This document shows, piece after piece, positions 63,985 to 64,000 of a stretch of 64,000 bases of DNA. Within the stretch, counting starts at the first letter, position 1. Each line of letters begins with the position of its first letter. Source of the DNA: Escherichia phage nieznany; the sequence record NC_052659.1. The stretch is one strand, 5' to 3'. The notes under the pieces are model-generated. The model ran no database searches and was not told where the DNA came from. It saw nothing but the letters and a program-made list of their open reading frames with translations. A program made the translations under genes and the position numbers.

Positions 63985-64000
63985 CAGGTCACTTTCTTCT

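Noticed and set aside
1-64000. Global reassignment of TAA as a sense codon
   Set aside because: Most genes end in TAA followed by properly spaced RBS and start of the next gene; recoding would make ORFs far longer than seen. Only two local in-frame cases were noticed.
1-64000. tRNA genes (T4-like phages often carry a tRNA cluster)
   Set aside because: No GTTCGAATC/GTTCAAATC-type T-loop with an appropriately placed acceptor stem was found by eye in the noncoding stretches (48.1-49.8 kb, 57.2-58.4 kb, 39.26-39.6 kb); a tRNAscan run would be needed to exclude them formally.

Overview
This window reads as a segment of a T4-like (Tevenvirinae-style) lytic myovirus genome. Compact, short-overlap genes with AGGAGG-type ribosome binding sites fall into blocks: (1) 0.4-36.1 kb on the plus strand, a nucleotide-metabolism and DNA-transaction module (ligase, MazG-like, FEN-family RNase H, DnaQ-like exonuclease, ThyX, NrdA/NrdB split by a homing endonuclease, glutaredoxin, T4-type lysozyme, PhoH, Dam-like methyltransferase), carrying unexpected cargo: a complete dTDP-L-rhamnose pathway (RmlB/A/C/D), an HslV/proteasome-beta-like peptidase, a Ser/Thr phosphatase, a minimal C5-methyltransferase-like protein and a Sir2-like protein; (2) 36.2-48.1 kb, a convergent minus-strand block of small genes including a serine recombinase; (3) 48.1-49.8 kb, a 1.65 kb repeat-rich, strand-skewed noncoding spacer; (4) 49.8-57.2 kb, about 25 small minus-strand genes each preceded by a promoter plus stem-loop cassette (PeSL-like) with covarying stems; (5) 57.2-58.4 kb, a GC-rich island and an iteron-like repeat locus; (6) 58.4-64 kb, minus-strand genes including a NADAR/YbiA-like protein, a zinc-finger-repeat putative nuclease and an AAA ATPase. 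No tRNA, rRNA or CRISPR array was found. All calls come from reading motifs in the translations and the DNA by eye; no database search or folding was run.
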